Shown here piece by piece: positions 26,946 to 40,700 of a DNA stretch of 64,000 bases (the stretch's first letter is position 1; every line of letters begins with the position of its first letter). This DNA comes from Ophelia neglecta (taxonomy: Eukaryota): contig OZ260667.1 in assembly GCA_965285935.1 (NCBI GenBank), positions 10,850,001-10,914,000 of the forward strand, read 5' to 3'. The position numbers and the translations under genes were made by a program. Below the pieces are notes generated by a model, which ran no database searches, was not told the origin of the DNA, and saw only the letters and a program-made list of their open reading frames with translations.

Positions 26946-27982
26946 TCCTCACATTTTCCCTCGTTTAACTTTTCGTTCTTTCCTAATGTTAACTTTCCTT
27001 GAGGGACTAGAATCCTAGCTCAAACTGTCGAAAAAATAGTCCAAAAGGTAGTTTTCTGTCTGGCAGAGGTTACTGTAACATAGATGCCTATGCATAAATC
27101 AGTGTGGCGGAGCCAGGATCTTTCCAGGGGACAGAGAAGTTATACGTTCTTCGGGTAGCTTCATGGAGCGCCTGAAAAACCAGTTCAGGCAGAACGCCGT
27201 AGCCCCAAAATGGAGCTTTGGAGAGCAACATTACGTTTTGCCGAGCACGCCTACGTGGAGGGGGCGGGGAGTGCCTTTCACTGAGGGGTTATCAGGGTCT
27301 CTCGGAGGGACTCCCAGCACCTTTCGTCGAGTGAACCGTGGAACTCCCTGGGCCCCCAGGTGATACGGACCTGCTATCGTACCTTCGGTCCGCCCCTCAA
27401 AAGTAGCGGGAAGCTCTGCCACACAATCGTAAGATACGCTTCACTGGACACTGACATTTCCCGATCTGCTCAGCTCGCGTCCCTCTGCCATGCCTTAAAT
27501 GGGGCGAGTCGTTCGATATGCTTCACTTCCACATTACTTTCTTCTCACTGAAGGAGCGTTCATTATTAATCCCCCGTGGGAGGGGGGGGGGGGGGGGGCG
27601 GCGGAATATGTCAAGCGACTATATTCGAACCAACTATATATTTGAAAATGAGGCATACTGATGATTGTAAGGGGAATGAACCGTCAAGCAAGTACACGTG
27701 TATGGAGAACTAAGGTCATCTCTGTTTGTGGATGGAGTGATTATACATCTACCCAAAAGTGCTCTTGTCACAGGGAAAAAAGAATAATGCTATAAATACA
27801 CTAATTCAGTACATTTATACTGAAAAGTAAGTTAGTAAGTCAGTTTATTCATAGATATGTATAATCCATAGATTCGCAACCACCATTAGCGCCATGATAA
27901 GGCCTTAGCCTCACTCTAGCAGTTTGGAAAATTTCCGCTAGATGTCGCCTCTTGTATCCAAAATACACAAACCAAATAGTCA

Positions 27983-28580
27983 TGGCTGAACTAAATGTGG
28001 AAGGAAAATGGCCAAATTAGACTGACTATAGACAAAAGTTTATATCTTAATAGCCTATTCTATTCTTATTATTATGATTCTCTAATAATTGAGGAAAATG
28101 ATTCAAAAGACTACATGAGGCTAGCTATTATATATTCTTTTCTGTAACATATAATGTAGAACATATATTTGAGGATTCGCTCGGCCAGATAGGCTTGGCT
28201 GAACTAAAAGTGTTAGAAATACTGCCAAACTAGAATGACTATAGACAAAGGTTAATATGTTAATAGCATATTCTATTCTTATTATTATGATTCTCTAATA
28301 ATGGAGGCAAATGATTCAAAAGACTACATGAGGCTGGCTATTATATATTCTTTTCTGTAATATGTAATGTAGAACATACATTCGAGGATTTGCTCGGCCA
28401 GATAGGCTTGGCTGAACTAAAGGTGGGAGAAAAATGGCCAAACTAGAATGACTATAGACAAAACTTAACATCTTAATAGCATATTCTATTCTTATTATTA
28501 TGATTCTCTAATAATTGAGGCAAATGATTTAAAAGACTACATGAGGCTGGCTATTTTATATTCTTTTCTGTAACATATAT
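27983..28580. repeat. 213-bp satellite-like tandem repeat, ~2.8 copies
   Basis: TGGCTGAACTAAA recurs at 27983, 28196 and 28409 with colinear near-identical bodies. Confidence 0.92.
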
Positions 28581-29129
28581 TGTGTAGTTTATATCTACAT
28601 GTACATGTATGTGCAGTTGAAGCCATTGACATCGCATCGTAGCGAAATTGCCCTTTGACTGCTGTTAAATTGGAGTAAAATCTTGGATTTTATTTTGTCT
28701 GTAAGCTGTTTTATATGCTGATGTGAATAACATCACTTTTAACTGCGATCATCCGTCATATCAATCGGAAATGTTGATGAAAATGATGAATTATTGGCTA
28801 GAACAGACGCTGTTATGATTCAATCAATGGCCCTTAAATCTCGCAGCCGAATATCGCGAAACCCCGTTCAAATCTCGCAGGGCCATGGCCAGCCAGAAAT
28901 ACTACTTGCTGCGAATCTATGTATTCTCTATATCTATGGTTTATTCAACTCTTAGAAAGATACGTTCGCTTCGCCCACTTTATGCGAACCCCTTGGTCCC
29001 CTACAAGCAATTTCTCGCCTCATCAACCCCTCCCATATTACCCCCCCCCCCCCCACGAATAATAAAAGGCAGGTTATTTGGGAATAATGAACAATGTATT
29101 AAATTATTAAATTATAATATTTCTTTCAG

Positions 29130-29433
29130 GTGGTTGTCCGTTTGACTAATGCGTTGCTGTCGGATGGTGTGACTATTCACTGGCACGGTATTCACCAGAG
29201 AGGGACCCCCTGGATGGACGGTGTGGCCGGCATCACGCAATGTCCCATCAACCCCAGTGAGACCTTCACATACAGGTACTATACTACTAGTACAACTACT
29301 AACAAATACTATACTACTAGTACACCTACTTACTAATACTATACTACTAGTACAAGGTACGGATGCCGTGGATGGACGGTGTGGCGGGTGTCACACAATG
29401 TCCCATTAACCCCATTGTAACAGTTACCTACAG
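29130..29433 (+). pseudogene. Orphan MCO exon 3 (29130-29275, intact) followed by a second partial exon 3 copy (~29356-29433)
   Basis: [49 protein letters not shown] with AG/GT sites. After TACTA repeats comes a half copy, [26 protein letters not shown]. No exon 2 or exons 4-15 seen nearby. Confidence 0.88.
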
Positions 29434-30823
29434 GTACTTTACTACTAGTATATTTTCATACATGCCATATACTACTATTAAATTAACACGCACATGCTAT
29501 ACATACGGTTATTATATTACTACTAGCAATTTATATTTTTAAAAATCGATACCCCCCCCCCCCCCCCCCTCCTCCTCCCACCACCCTTGAAAGCTGTACG
29601 GTGTTGAAATCGATGGATTAGAATTAAAAGGGGTTAACAGTGGGTCGCCTTATAGTTAAAAGGGGATATAGCAAAAATTCTTTATTTTTTCTTGAACCTT
29701 TGTCTGTGTGTAATACGCGTTTTATTAAGTGCCATGAGAAGTTTTCCGTAACTGTGAATGAGCTTCTGCCATCGAAGTTAATTTTACGCACATTTTAGAC
29801 AATTTTTCAAATAATAAGATGTAGGATTCGACTCGTAGGCATTCGGTGGTCACATGGGAAGTCACATGATACCATCTGCGCAATATTAAATCTGGGGATA
29901 AATACATGTACTTGTAAAGCTGTCCAAAAACATATCCAGAAAGCCTCTTTTAAAAAGCATTATTATGCATATTTGGTGCACGCTATAAAACCGAATGAAA
30001 AATTGTTTTTTGAACACAAAAGATAAGCTTATTTGTATTAACACAGAAGTGTGTGAAGGTAAAGGCTTGTACCTCAATTTTGTATCCAGGCACTTGCGTA
30101 AGTTACGTGCGGCTCGATACGTCTTTGATATAAACGTATACGGCTCGTTTATCTTAGACTTATGACACCGAGTCCTCTGATTTTTTCAGCATTCCAATAT
30201 TTACAATGCATTCTGACAAAGAACTTATGGTAATATTGCCCGTTTGATTTACATGGCGGGTTTCGGCCCAGCTGTGACTTGTACGTATGCAACAAATGTG
30301 GATGTATGTTATATGATTATGTGCATTAATGCAGGCAATACAACACACACACACACACGTGCCTGTACGGGAGTGTGAGCGTGCGTGATGTCTCCTTTTT
30401 TTGATGAATAGGCCTACGTTGCCTCCAGTTATCTACATTCCATCTCGCCAATCATTTCATCTAATGCATGAGATGCTTTTTTAATTATAAATATTCTGTG
30501 TACTATTATGTTGGATCTAACGCTGTTTTAAGATTCAATATTGAAACAAAACCGTTCAATACAAAGTCCTGCATTATGTCAATTCAACGCGCGTCTAGGG
30601 CCATTGTGCACGGTACAAAGTCGGCTTGTCTTGTCAGAGATAAACACTTCACCATTGTCATGCGTTTTTAAACATTGTCCATAAAGGTAGAAGGAAGGCT
30701 GAAAGGAAGACGTTATTAACAATATATAGGGTCGTATTCACTGGCACATCTAAGTGGCCCGAAAGGGAAACCCGATTAATGTTAACGGTGCGTGTGGAGG
30801 AAGGTAAATGAAATCCGTCTGCC

Positions 30824-33800
30824 ATGTTTCACTGGGTTTTACTACTGACAATGGCGCTAGTTGTCGCTAGCGCATTTGAACAGGAGGTGCTGCCCCACTG
30901 CGGCCCTGAGGAGAGGGTATGCGAGTTTAAATGGGAGGTGAGCCAACGAGAGACCATGGTACAATACAACACAGTGACTGGTACAGCACGACCCGTTTAC
31001 CGGGACACATCGACAGGAAATGACGTGTTTGTCGCAAGGGATGCTATAATTGGCTGTAATGACACCTCCACCCTTAATGACGAAGGTGAGTTGTCCTCAC
31101 AAATGAGGCGAGATCGGCATATCAAATGTGTTTATCACTAGTATTAGGACAGAATTGAATTAGAGATCGTACTTTCTAAAGAAGTGATATTCAGATATTA
31201 GATCTGGTTCGTATGTACTTAGCACTCCAAACCACACACGTCAAGTGTAATGCTAAAGTGGCGAGCATCTGGTTTGAATTAACCATTATTTAGCAGTATG
31301 TGAATTAAAAGGTTAATGGATATTTAAGTAAAGTAATATGAATATAGGTAACACCTAGATTGGCGGGCTTAGCCTTCATTAAGGACTGCATGGGTGCAGT
31401 CTTTATGAAATGCTTACAATTCTGCCCTAATAACTCAAAATAATCTAAAACGTTAGAACCGGACGCACACTTTCAAACCTATAGAAATCTGTTTCATAAT
31501 TGAAAATAGCAAGCGGTTTAAGTTCATATTTGACATTGGCAATTTCTTTATTACGTGATGATGAGTTATTATTACACGTCTAACAAATATCGGCTTCATT
31601 ATCGCCGATTCTGGCCAGTTATTACCACCTGGCCGGCCGAACATAATGGACCGCTCATAACGGACTGCTATAATTGACTGCTATAATGGACCTCAAAGTT
31701 CGTCTCACTGCCGCCAGGTGGACATTGTCAGAGCCGGCTGGCTTGAGAGATCATCGAACTACTTGACACTCGCATACTACTTACGCCACCCTCGTAAAAG
31801 TTCTCATGCTTTGCAATGGCCCGAGCTTTAAAACAAAGCATAGTGGACTGTTGGCTTTAAACTTGTGAACTTTTGGCTTTAAAAAAGTGGACTAACGGCT
31901 GTCAAATAGTGGACTATTGGCCTTAAAGTAGTGGACGAGCGGCTATTAATAAAACCAGGAGATTCTGAAGAAGAATGAATGGTAAGAACTTTTACAAGGG
32001 TTGCGTAAGTAGTAAGTAAAGACTCGTGCCATTACAAAGCATTCAAACTTTTATGTCGGGCTTAACTTTTTACACCATGTATTAAGATCCACTTATTTTA
32101 GTGGCTCTCAATACATTACATACATCATATGTATGTGATTTATAACTGAATGTAATTCTAGTTGCTGAAATACTTCAAATCTGCTGTGCATCCTTATCGC
32201 ACCTATATAACTTTGTACCTTATAAAACCCGACCAAATCTAGCTCACGTAATACCGACAAGCTTCAGCAATTGTATAGGGCCTCTATGTCAGAGATTTTT
32301 GTTAATTATAAATAATTTTAAAGTGTAGTGATATAGCTTAAGTCGTGGAATAAAATATATTGGGCTTGAGCTGATAGGTCGACACATTACTTCCATCAGA
32401 AGATAGGACCAGAAAAAAATAAGAGCCCAGTTTATATAATTGTGGATAAAACATGCTTTTACAAATATATTGTGAGGACGAAATGGTTTGAGACGACATC
32501 AGAATGGGATCCGAATAGGAGAATTTCATCGAGATAGAATGACGCAATATCCTATGGCCGAAATGTGGTTGTTATTACAAACACACGATGCTGACCAGTA
32601 ATAACTGGAAATATTGTAGAAGTGTAATGAATATACAATAACATCTGTAAATCAAGACCACCAAAGGGCCTGGAAAATACTGGTCTTATTTTGGAGGTGG
32701 TCTGTTTAAACAGGTTATTTCCCTTTGAAATTATACAGCAACAGCTTCATATTGGTGGTTTGAATTAACAGGTGGTCTGATTATAGAGGTGGTCTTTCAG
32801 GCAGGTTTCACTGTAATGACATATAAAGTGCGGTATTACATGACAAAAGTAGTTCTCCAAAACACATAAACCTGGGGTAGAGTTGTGGAAAGTTGGAGAC
32901 TTTAAGTTTCGAGTCAAATCAGTAAATAGCAATGGGGTTTTCACACGTCCTTTCCCTCGAGTTGTTTCCGAGAAACGTACCTGTGAAATCTAAGTAATGA
33001 TCGTCCAATTAACATAATTCAATATTTTCTCAAGTCATGTAAACAAACCATATCATACTCGGTAATATTTTTTTATTATTTCGTTTTGTATTATTATTAA
33101 CTTTTATATCGAAAAAATTGTTAACACGTTAATATATGTCAATTAAGTTTCTATTATATCGAGCAGTATACATGTAATATGAAAGTCGTGCATATTAATT
33201 GACTTTGTCCACCATGTTAATGAGTATATTGATTGTTAGTCGGTTCCCTATTCTCTTGAGTTTGTTGAGATGTATTTCATGTTGTACTTTGATCCACCAT
33301 AAAACAAAAGTAAAGTCCGCAGTTGCTATTCAAGCCTGGCTATTCCACATATGAAGTTACAAAATCACCTCAAGAGGGCGTATGTTTTCTGTGGCACTGA
33401 CCTATTTTTTAACATTTTTATGTGTGTATAGATTTGGAGGAGATTGCCACGGCTGACGGACGGTATAAGGTTGTTTACACCATCAACGGCCAGTTCCCGG
33501 GGCCCAACATGGTCGTCTATGAGGGGCAACAGGTTAGAATCTTTGTAAAGTTTAAACTTCGCACAGAATTATGGGAACATTTTTATATCTTGGTCCATGC
33601 AAGTTGGAAATAGCGCTTGTGATTGGTAGATCATGGTTAGATGTGCTTTCGGTTTCAACATTGAAAAGATTTTCAATTTCGTATTTGCTATGTTGAAATT
33701 AGCAAATTTACCAACGATGACACAAGTATCAAATTATTAAATTTCTTTCAGGTGGTTGTCCGTTTGACTAATGCGTTGCTCTCGGAGGGTGTGACTATTC

Positions 33801-34647
33801 ACTGGCACGGTATTCACCAGAGAGGGACGCCCTGGATGGACGGGGTGGCGGGCATCACGCAGTGTCCCATCAACCCCAGTGAAACCTTCACATACAGGTA
33901 CTATACTACTAGTACAGCTACTTACAAATACTATACTACTAGTACAAGCAGATACAGTAACTATACTACTAGTACTACACTTACTTACAATTTATTTTCA
34001 AGTAGTACGTCTACATACACATCCTACACTATTAGCACCTCAACTAGATAACTAACATACATGTATAGTACGATTAGTGTATTAACATGCAAGTACCACA
34101 ATGCCAGAAGGTTGTAACTGTGCTACACCACAATAAATATGCCTCATGACAAAGACGGTTGAACGGAAAAAATTAGCCCCGTGGACCGAACTTAAGATAT
34201 AGAACATGACACGGAATATTAACCAAACCCATGCAATGGTATTTAAATCAAAAAGAACACATTCGCCCCAGAAAATTGACCTCAAGATAAAAGGTCAGAC
34301 CATCGTCAGGCGTCGACATTCATTTGTCGCTCGGTCAAAGGGAAACGCTTGCAGTTTTCTTATTATTTTTTATGAATAGTATAAATATGTCAAAATCTTG
34401 TCTTGATTTTGTTTTGAGTTTCATTCGAAATACAATATGGCCGCCAGGACGACAAAACCATTGTTTCGTTTATGTCGCACAATAAAAAAAATGGTAGCAG
34501 TTGTTATCATTTTGATATTTTTGGCACTAGAATATAACATCTCATCTGGGATTGTTTTTGAGAAACTTCGAAACGTATTTTGTTGTCATGGCCACAGATA
34601 TAGAAAGTAAATCATGTGATCCGAATTTTCAAAGCCCCTGTATTATT

Positions 34648-34729
<82 letters not shown>

Positions 34730-37700
34730 GTGCAAGATAGGCATGAGGATTGTACAGTACACTAATAGGAGATTAATTGTGATAGACATAACAAAAATAT
34801 TGCATACTGATATGAAATCAAAAAAGGGAATCCTTTGATGACTTCAAACTTGTTTTTGGCCTCTGCCTGAAGGGCAAATCATATATGTTAAACATTACTA
34901 GTAAGTAGTATTCGGGGAAAGAGGAGCCCAAAATTAGTATATTTTTTGTATCCATAAGTACAGGTAGCAAGTAGTATATACAGTTATATATGAAGTAGTT
35001 TATGTAAGCAGTATGTGGAAGTAGTTTATGGAAGTAGTTTATGGAAGTAGTATGCGTAAGTGGTATAACAAAGTATTATTGGTTGGATCAATTGGATCCA
35101 GAGCAGAAGGCTTTAGAGAGGTATATTTTTAAGCATTAACACAATTCTCAAATTTGACCTTGGAGTCCATTTCAAGCACAAATACAAAAAATCGTGATGT
35201 ATGCCTATTTCTTATTAGCTAAAAGTACCCTGGAATCTATAGGTAACTATATTATTGCATCTTTAATCGGATGTCTTATATTTTCCGTAGTCCTCTCGAT
35301 GTATCATATTTCCCTTGCTTTTCGTCTGCGCTTTCCAGTATGCTAGCTCATACTCTCGACGCTATTGCGAGTCAGTTTTTTCTACATTCTTAACTTTCAG
35401 GTTTCTTGTCACTAGCCCCGGAACGTTTTGGTATCATTCTCACCTAGGCCTGCAGAGAACTGATGGTTTATTTGGAGCTCTGGTAGTGTTGCCGCGGACC
35501 GACCCTCCCTCCGAGCCTATCTTCCCCCGCCCGGCCGCCCCACGACCAAGTCGGCCCGTCTTTGACAAGGATTTTCTGTTTGTGGTACAAGACTGGTTCG
35601 TCAGGGCGTCAACTGAGGACTTTCTTAGAGATAGTGCAGGTCTCGCAAAGTGAGCAGAGCTATACTTCTTGCCACAAATAACATAATAAACATACTGCTC
35701 GCCACAAATTACACACTAAGCGTACAATTTCGATTTGCAGGTTACTTATATCAAACTGGATAACAAGTTAATTGATATATACTATACTCTTGAATAGCTA
35801 TGAAGACTAAGATACTCCGATAGCGTATGAATTGTTTACACATCTGAAGAAATCCATGATCCCGTATATAGGATAATGCATGGTTTTCGGGTCTTCGGTA
35901 CATATATACTATAAACTATATTTTGACAACCAATCCCCTTGGTGTTTTCAAACTGCTGTTTGTATAAATACGCTGGACAAAATCGAAAACCACAGCTGCT
36001 CTATAGAGATTAGTAAATGAATGTATTTTAATTCCGAATGTTGATGATCAAACAGTGATTTTCGTCTTCGAACGATTTAGGCGTAGGCATTTTTTTCATC
36101 ATTTCAGTTTTAAACTTAATACTTAGGCGTATATTGTCAGTACGAGGATATTTTAGGTATTCGGCAGGCTATGATAACTTATCCACTTGTTACGAGGCCA
36201 CACTGGGATTTGATCAGACTCTAGTTGGAGTTGAACCTTTCGAGACCGCTCTCATTAACGGCAAGGGAACCACCCGCTCCTTCCCAGAACGTGAGTTTAT
36301 CTCCCCTCTCTGTGCGGACTTTATCTTACTGTATTCGTTTGATATCGTGAGTATTTCAAGTTAAACTGGCCCGCTTTATATGTCTGTGTTTTACCTGCAT
36401 CTGACTATCCATGCCGACTTTATGGAAATGTGTCGACTTTGATATAATTTAGAACTCTACGTATATATGTGAATAATAATTTAGAACTCTACGTATATAT
36501 GTGAATAATAATTTAGAACTCTACGTATATATGTGAATAAGAAATATACAACATTTTGAAATGCAAGTTTATTGTTTTCATCACCTAAATTCCATGTTTG
36601 GTTCCAGTCTTCAAATTGCAGAATGGCATATGAGCATATGCGAAGAAACCGACAGATAGTCCATAAATAACTTGAAATAGGTCTGTAGTCGAATCATCAC
36701 GTTTTATGAATTATGTTCCAGTGCTGACTATTGCCGACCAGAAAACACCAAATATGGAAAGATTCCGAGTTCACAAGGGAGGAATATACAGATTCCGGGT
36801 CATCAATCCTTCGCTTAGCTTAGCATTTCAAATTAAAATTGGCGGGGTAAGAAGGGTTAAGTTGCGCCCTCTTGTGGTTGAAATACCTGCTTGAATTTTA
36901 TATCCCCGTCAACTAGTGTGTTATGATACATTCTGTCATACGGTGATCCGAAAGTTTTAAAATGAATTTTTCGATTTACAACAATTGGTCTCCAAGGTTC
37001 TGTTCGTTGAGACCACTAGGTTCATATTTTATGGCTATATTTTTTATAAACCTTTTACCATGGTTCTCCCCAGCACAAGCTGAACGTGATATCATTGGAC
37101 GGGATGAATATCGAGAAGATAGAAGCAGACTCCGTCATTGTCCAGCCGGGGGAGAGAGTGGACTTCTACTTGGTGGCTGATCAGGATCCGGCCGCTTATA
37201 TCATAGAGGCAGCCACCTTGGAGCTCCCCGAGCAGGGACAAGTAAGGCAGATAGTCTTGTACCATTTAGGCATCCACAATAGACCTAACCCAGCAGGGAC
37301 AAGTAAGCTCCGATAGTCTTGTACCATTGACGCATTCATACTAGACCTACTCCAGCAGGGACAAGTAAGCCAGATAGTCTTGTATCATTGAGGCAGTCAC
37401 ACTATACCTAACCCAGCAGGGACAAGTAAGCCCAGATAGTCTTGTATCATTGAGGCAGTCACACTAGACCTACCCCAGCAGAGGCCAGTGAGCTCCGATA
37501 GTCTGTATCTTGGAGGCAGTCACACTAGACCTAACCCAGCAGGGACAAGTAAGCCAGATAGTCTTGTACCATTGAGGCAGTCACACCAGACCCACCCCAG
37601 CAGGGACAATTAAGCTCCGAATGTCTGTATCATTCGGGCAGTCACACTAGACCTACCCCAGCAGGAGAAAACACGCTTTTAAAGGACAAACTTAACACCA

Positions 37701-40700
37701 TATAAAGTGGGTCTGCTGGATTTAAAATTGCGTGGACTCAACGTACTAAGGCAATAACACAAAGAGATTTTTAGGTTCAATACCGGCGTTTTTCGACCGG
37801 ACCCCTTATAGTCAAGAATTTCTTAACTGCTTGGAGAGTATCGATGCTATCAGTCAGCCCGGGTGACCATAAACCCAGGGTAAGGGTGTGCTTTTTGCAC
37901 GAAAAAGCGGTCTGCGCGGAGCGTGAAATAGCGTTTTTTTTGTTGTTTTTTTGCAAGAACTCTCCGCGTTTTGGATGGTGATAGGAACTACCAATTTTCT
38001 CGCTTTGTACCCTAAATGCGTATAGATAGCTAACAGAAGAAGAATAGGCATAATTTCAGTGAAATGACAGTGTATTTTGCTCGTAATTGACAAAATGAAT
38101 CTTTGTAATTGGTGAAAATATTAAGTCCAGGACTCCTAGTTATAGGGCAGTGTCCATTTTCGCACATGATTATTCGATGTGAGCACGGAGTCTGTAAGAC
38201 CCATTTGTATTTGCAGGCTCCACACGCAGTGTACGGAGCGTTTTGGTACGAAGAAGACCTGACCTTCAACTATATTAGAGGGAACCCGTGTCAACCACCA
38301 TGTGTGGTGTTTAACTGTCCATTTGAGTAAGTGAATTTCATACATGTACAGTGCCGGATTAAGGGGGGGGGGGGCAGGGAAGTGTGCCTGGAACAGGGCC
38401 TATTTCTGAAGCCACGCAAGGTGGTTTCAGAGGGTTGGTAACGGGGACAATCCATGTAGACATTGGCCTTGTCAACCTTGGAAAATTTGCCCCCCCCCCC
38501 TCCCAGAAATCCTGGACCCGCCACTGATGTAAATTCTACATGAAAAGTTCCCATGAATCATTGGTTCGTTTCATTAATACAGGTAAGTCTCGAAGAGACC
38601 CATCATTTATGATTTATTACTTTGATATACAACGAAGGTATAGATAGAAACCTCGTTAACCGTGATAATGGTTTCTCCATTTGTATATTACATACTAGTA
38701 GTATAAAATAATGAGTACATAGAGTACAAAGTATCAAAATAACGAGTGATGGTTTTGGAAATTAAAATATAAATGTCAACATTTGAGAGCCAGTGATAAC
38801 ATATACTAAGCGCCTATCATTCATGATGCCACACTACATCGACATTAGGCCAGAAACCTCCGCTACGTTCGAGAAACTCGCCTTAAAACATGAACGTATG
38901 TCCAGCATGTCTTAAAACATGTATGTATGTCCAGCATGTCTTATAACATGTACGTATGTCCAGCATGTCTTAAAACATGTACGTGTGTCAAGCATGTCTT
39001 TAAACATGTACGTATGGCCAACATGTCTTTAAACATGTACGTATGGCCAGCATGTCTTAAAAGATGTACGTATGGCCAGCATGTCTTAAAACGTGTACGT
39101 ATGTCCAACATGTCTTAAAACATGTACGTATGTCCATCATGTCTAAAAACATGTACGTATGTCCAGCATGTCTTATAACATGCACGTATGCTCAGCAAAT
39201 CTTACACATGTACGTATGTCCCGCATGTCTTAAAACATGTACGTATGGCCAGCATGTCTGAAACATGTACGTATGTCCAGCATGTCTTAAAACATGTACG
39301 TATGGCCATCATGTCTTAAAAATGTACGTTTGGCCAGCGTGTCTTATCACATGTACGTATGTCCAGCATGTCTTTTAACATGTACGTATGTCCTGCATAC
39401 TTTAGAGTTGCTTCTAAGCGACCATTTATCGAGATGACTTTCATATTTAATTTCTTTCAGAGAGTTTCCACGTACTGGCCCTTCCGTTGAATGTCGTAAC
39501 ATTGACAGTGTGCGCGGCTCAGTTCCTTACGAGCTAGGGCCAGATTCCGGCGGCGATGTGGAGGAACACTTTCTAAATTTTTATTTCCCAAACGGTGTGT
39601 AATCCCAACATAATACATCTTAGTGATTTTTAGATTTTTGTCATATTAATGCCACTTTGGAGCATTGTATTTCAAAACTCTCTCATCGAAAAGTTTTATA
39701 TTTCTGGCTGTTCCTTATTATTTTGTTTGTCAATTCTATTTTCGCTACTTTCGTAGGCATTTTCCGACGAAATGAATGGTTTGTTCGGGATTCGTAAGAA
39801 AATAACCGTGAATAATAAACAAGTTAATGGAATTTCATTTGCTTTTCAGAATTTATTCTAATTCTTCTGCTGTTTAACATACTTTTAATTCCAAACAGAG
39901 CAGTATGCTGCCATCAACGGTATACAGTTTGTCCTGCCGGACAGACCTCCCCAGGTTAGAACTCGTGTGTGTTTATCTCTAACTCCAAGACAGACGATAC
40001 ATTTACAATTTTTACTTAGATTCTGGAATACACTGTGATGAAAGTATAGTTGGTTGGTTGGTTGTTTGGGGTTTTACGTGGCTTTCAACACTTATATGGT
40101 CATATCGCCATGGTGCCTACTTGTGACAGTGGGCCCAATGCCCTCTTTATAGAGGCAGGTACTCACTGGAGTACCTGCCGTAGACACCAGACAGGGTACC
40201 CCACCCAGTCACTTTATACTGACATCGGGTTGACCAGTCCTGATACAACTCCCGGAATACCGGGCGCCTGGCAGGGGAGCTATCAGTACCTATTTTTACG
40301 TCTTGGGTTTGACGCGATCGGGATTTGAACCCCGATCTACCACTTGCGAAGCGGACACCCTAACCACTCGGCCAGGAAAAAAAGTTTGAGAAGGAATATG
40401 GTAGTTATGGAGTATATATGTGATTTAATTTGCAAGGGTGTATGGGTTCCATGAGTGTATATTTCACCATAAATCATTTTCATGGGTGCCGAGTTCATGC
40501 GGCATCACATATGGTATGGGCCCCTTACCCCCCCTTGCAAGGTGCAAACCACACTTGTTGAATCTTATAAAGTAGACCTCCTATGTCAGTAGAAAACAGG
40601 AAACATTCCAACAGAAGGCGGCTTTATATCATTATATACCAAATAGTCTACAGTGTCTAGGGATAAGACGTGCACTGAGTGGTGGTTAATGCATTAGCCC

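Noticed and set aside
22000-27560. Possible large DNA transposon or hidden gene in the A-B interval (ORFs 25305-25718 and 27163-27363; minus-strand donor near 24136)
   Set aside because: No transposase motifs, termini or coherent exon chain could be identified by eye; needs RepeatMasker/BLASTx.
34552-34740. Poly-Ile hydrophobic ORF
   Set aside because: (ATT)n microsatellite.
40300-40374. Possible tRNA gene (also ~5840 and ~17205)
   Set aside because: The A/B boxes belong to SINE heads; there is no complete cloverleaf and the sequence continues into the SINE body.
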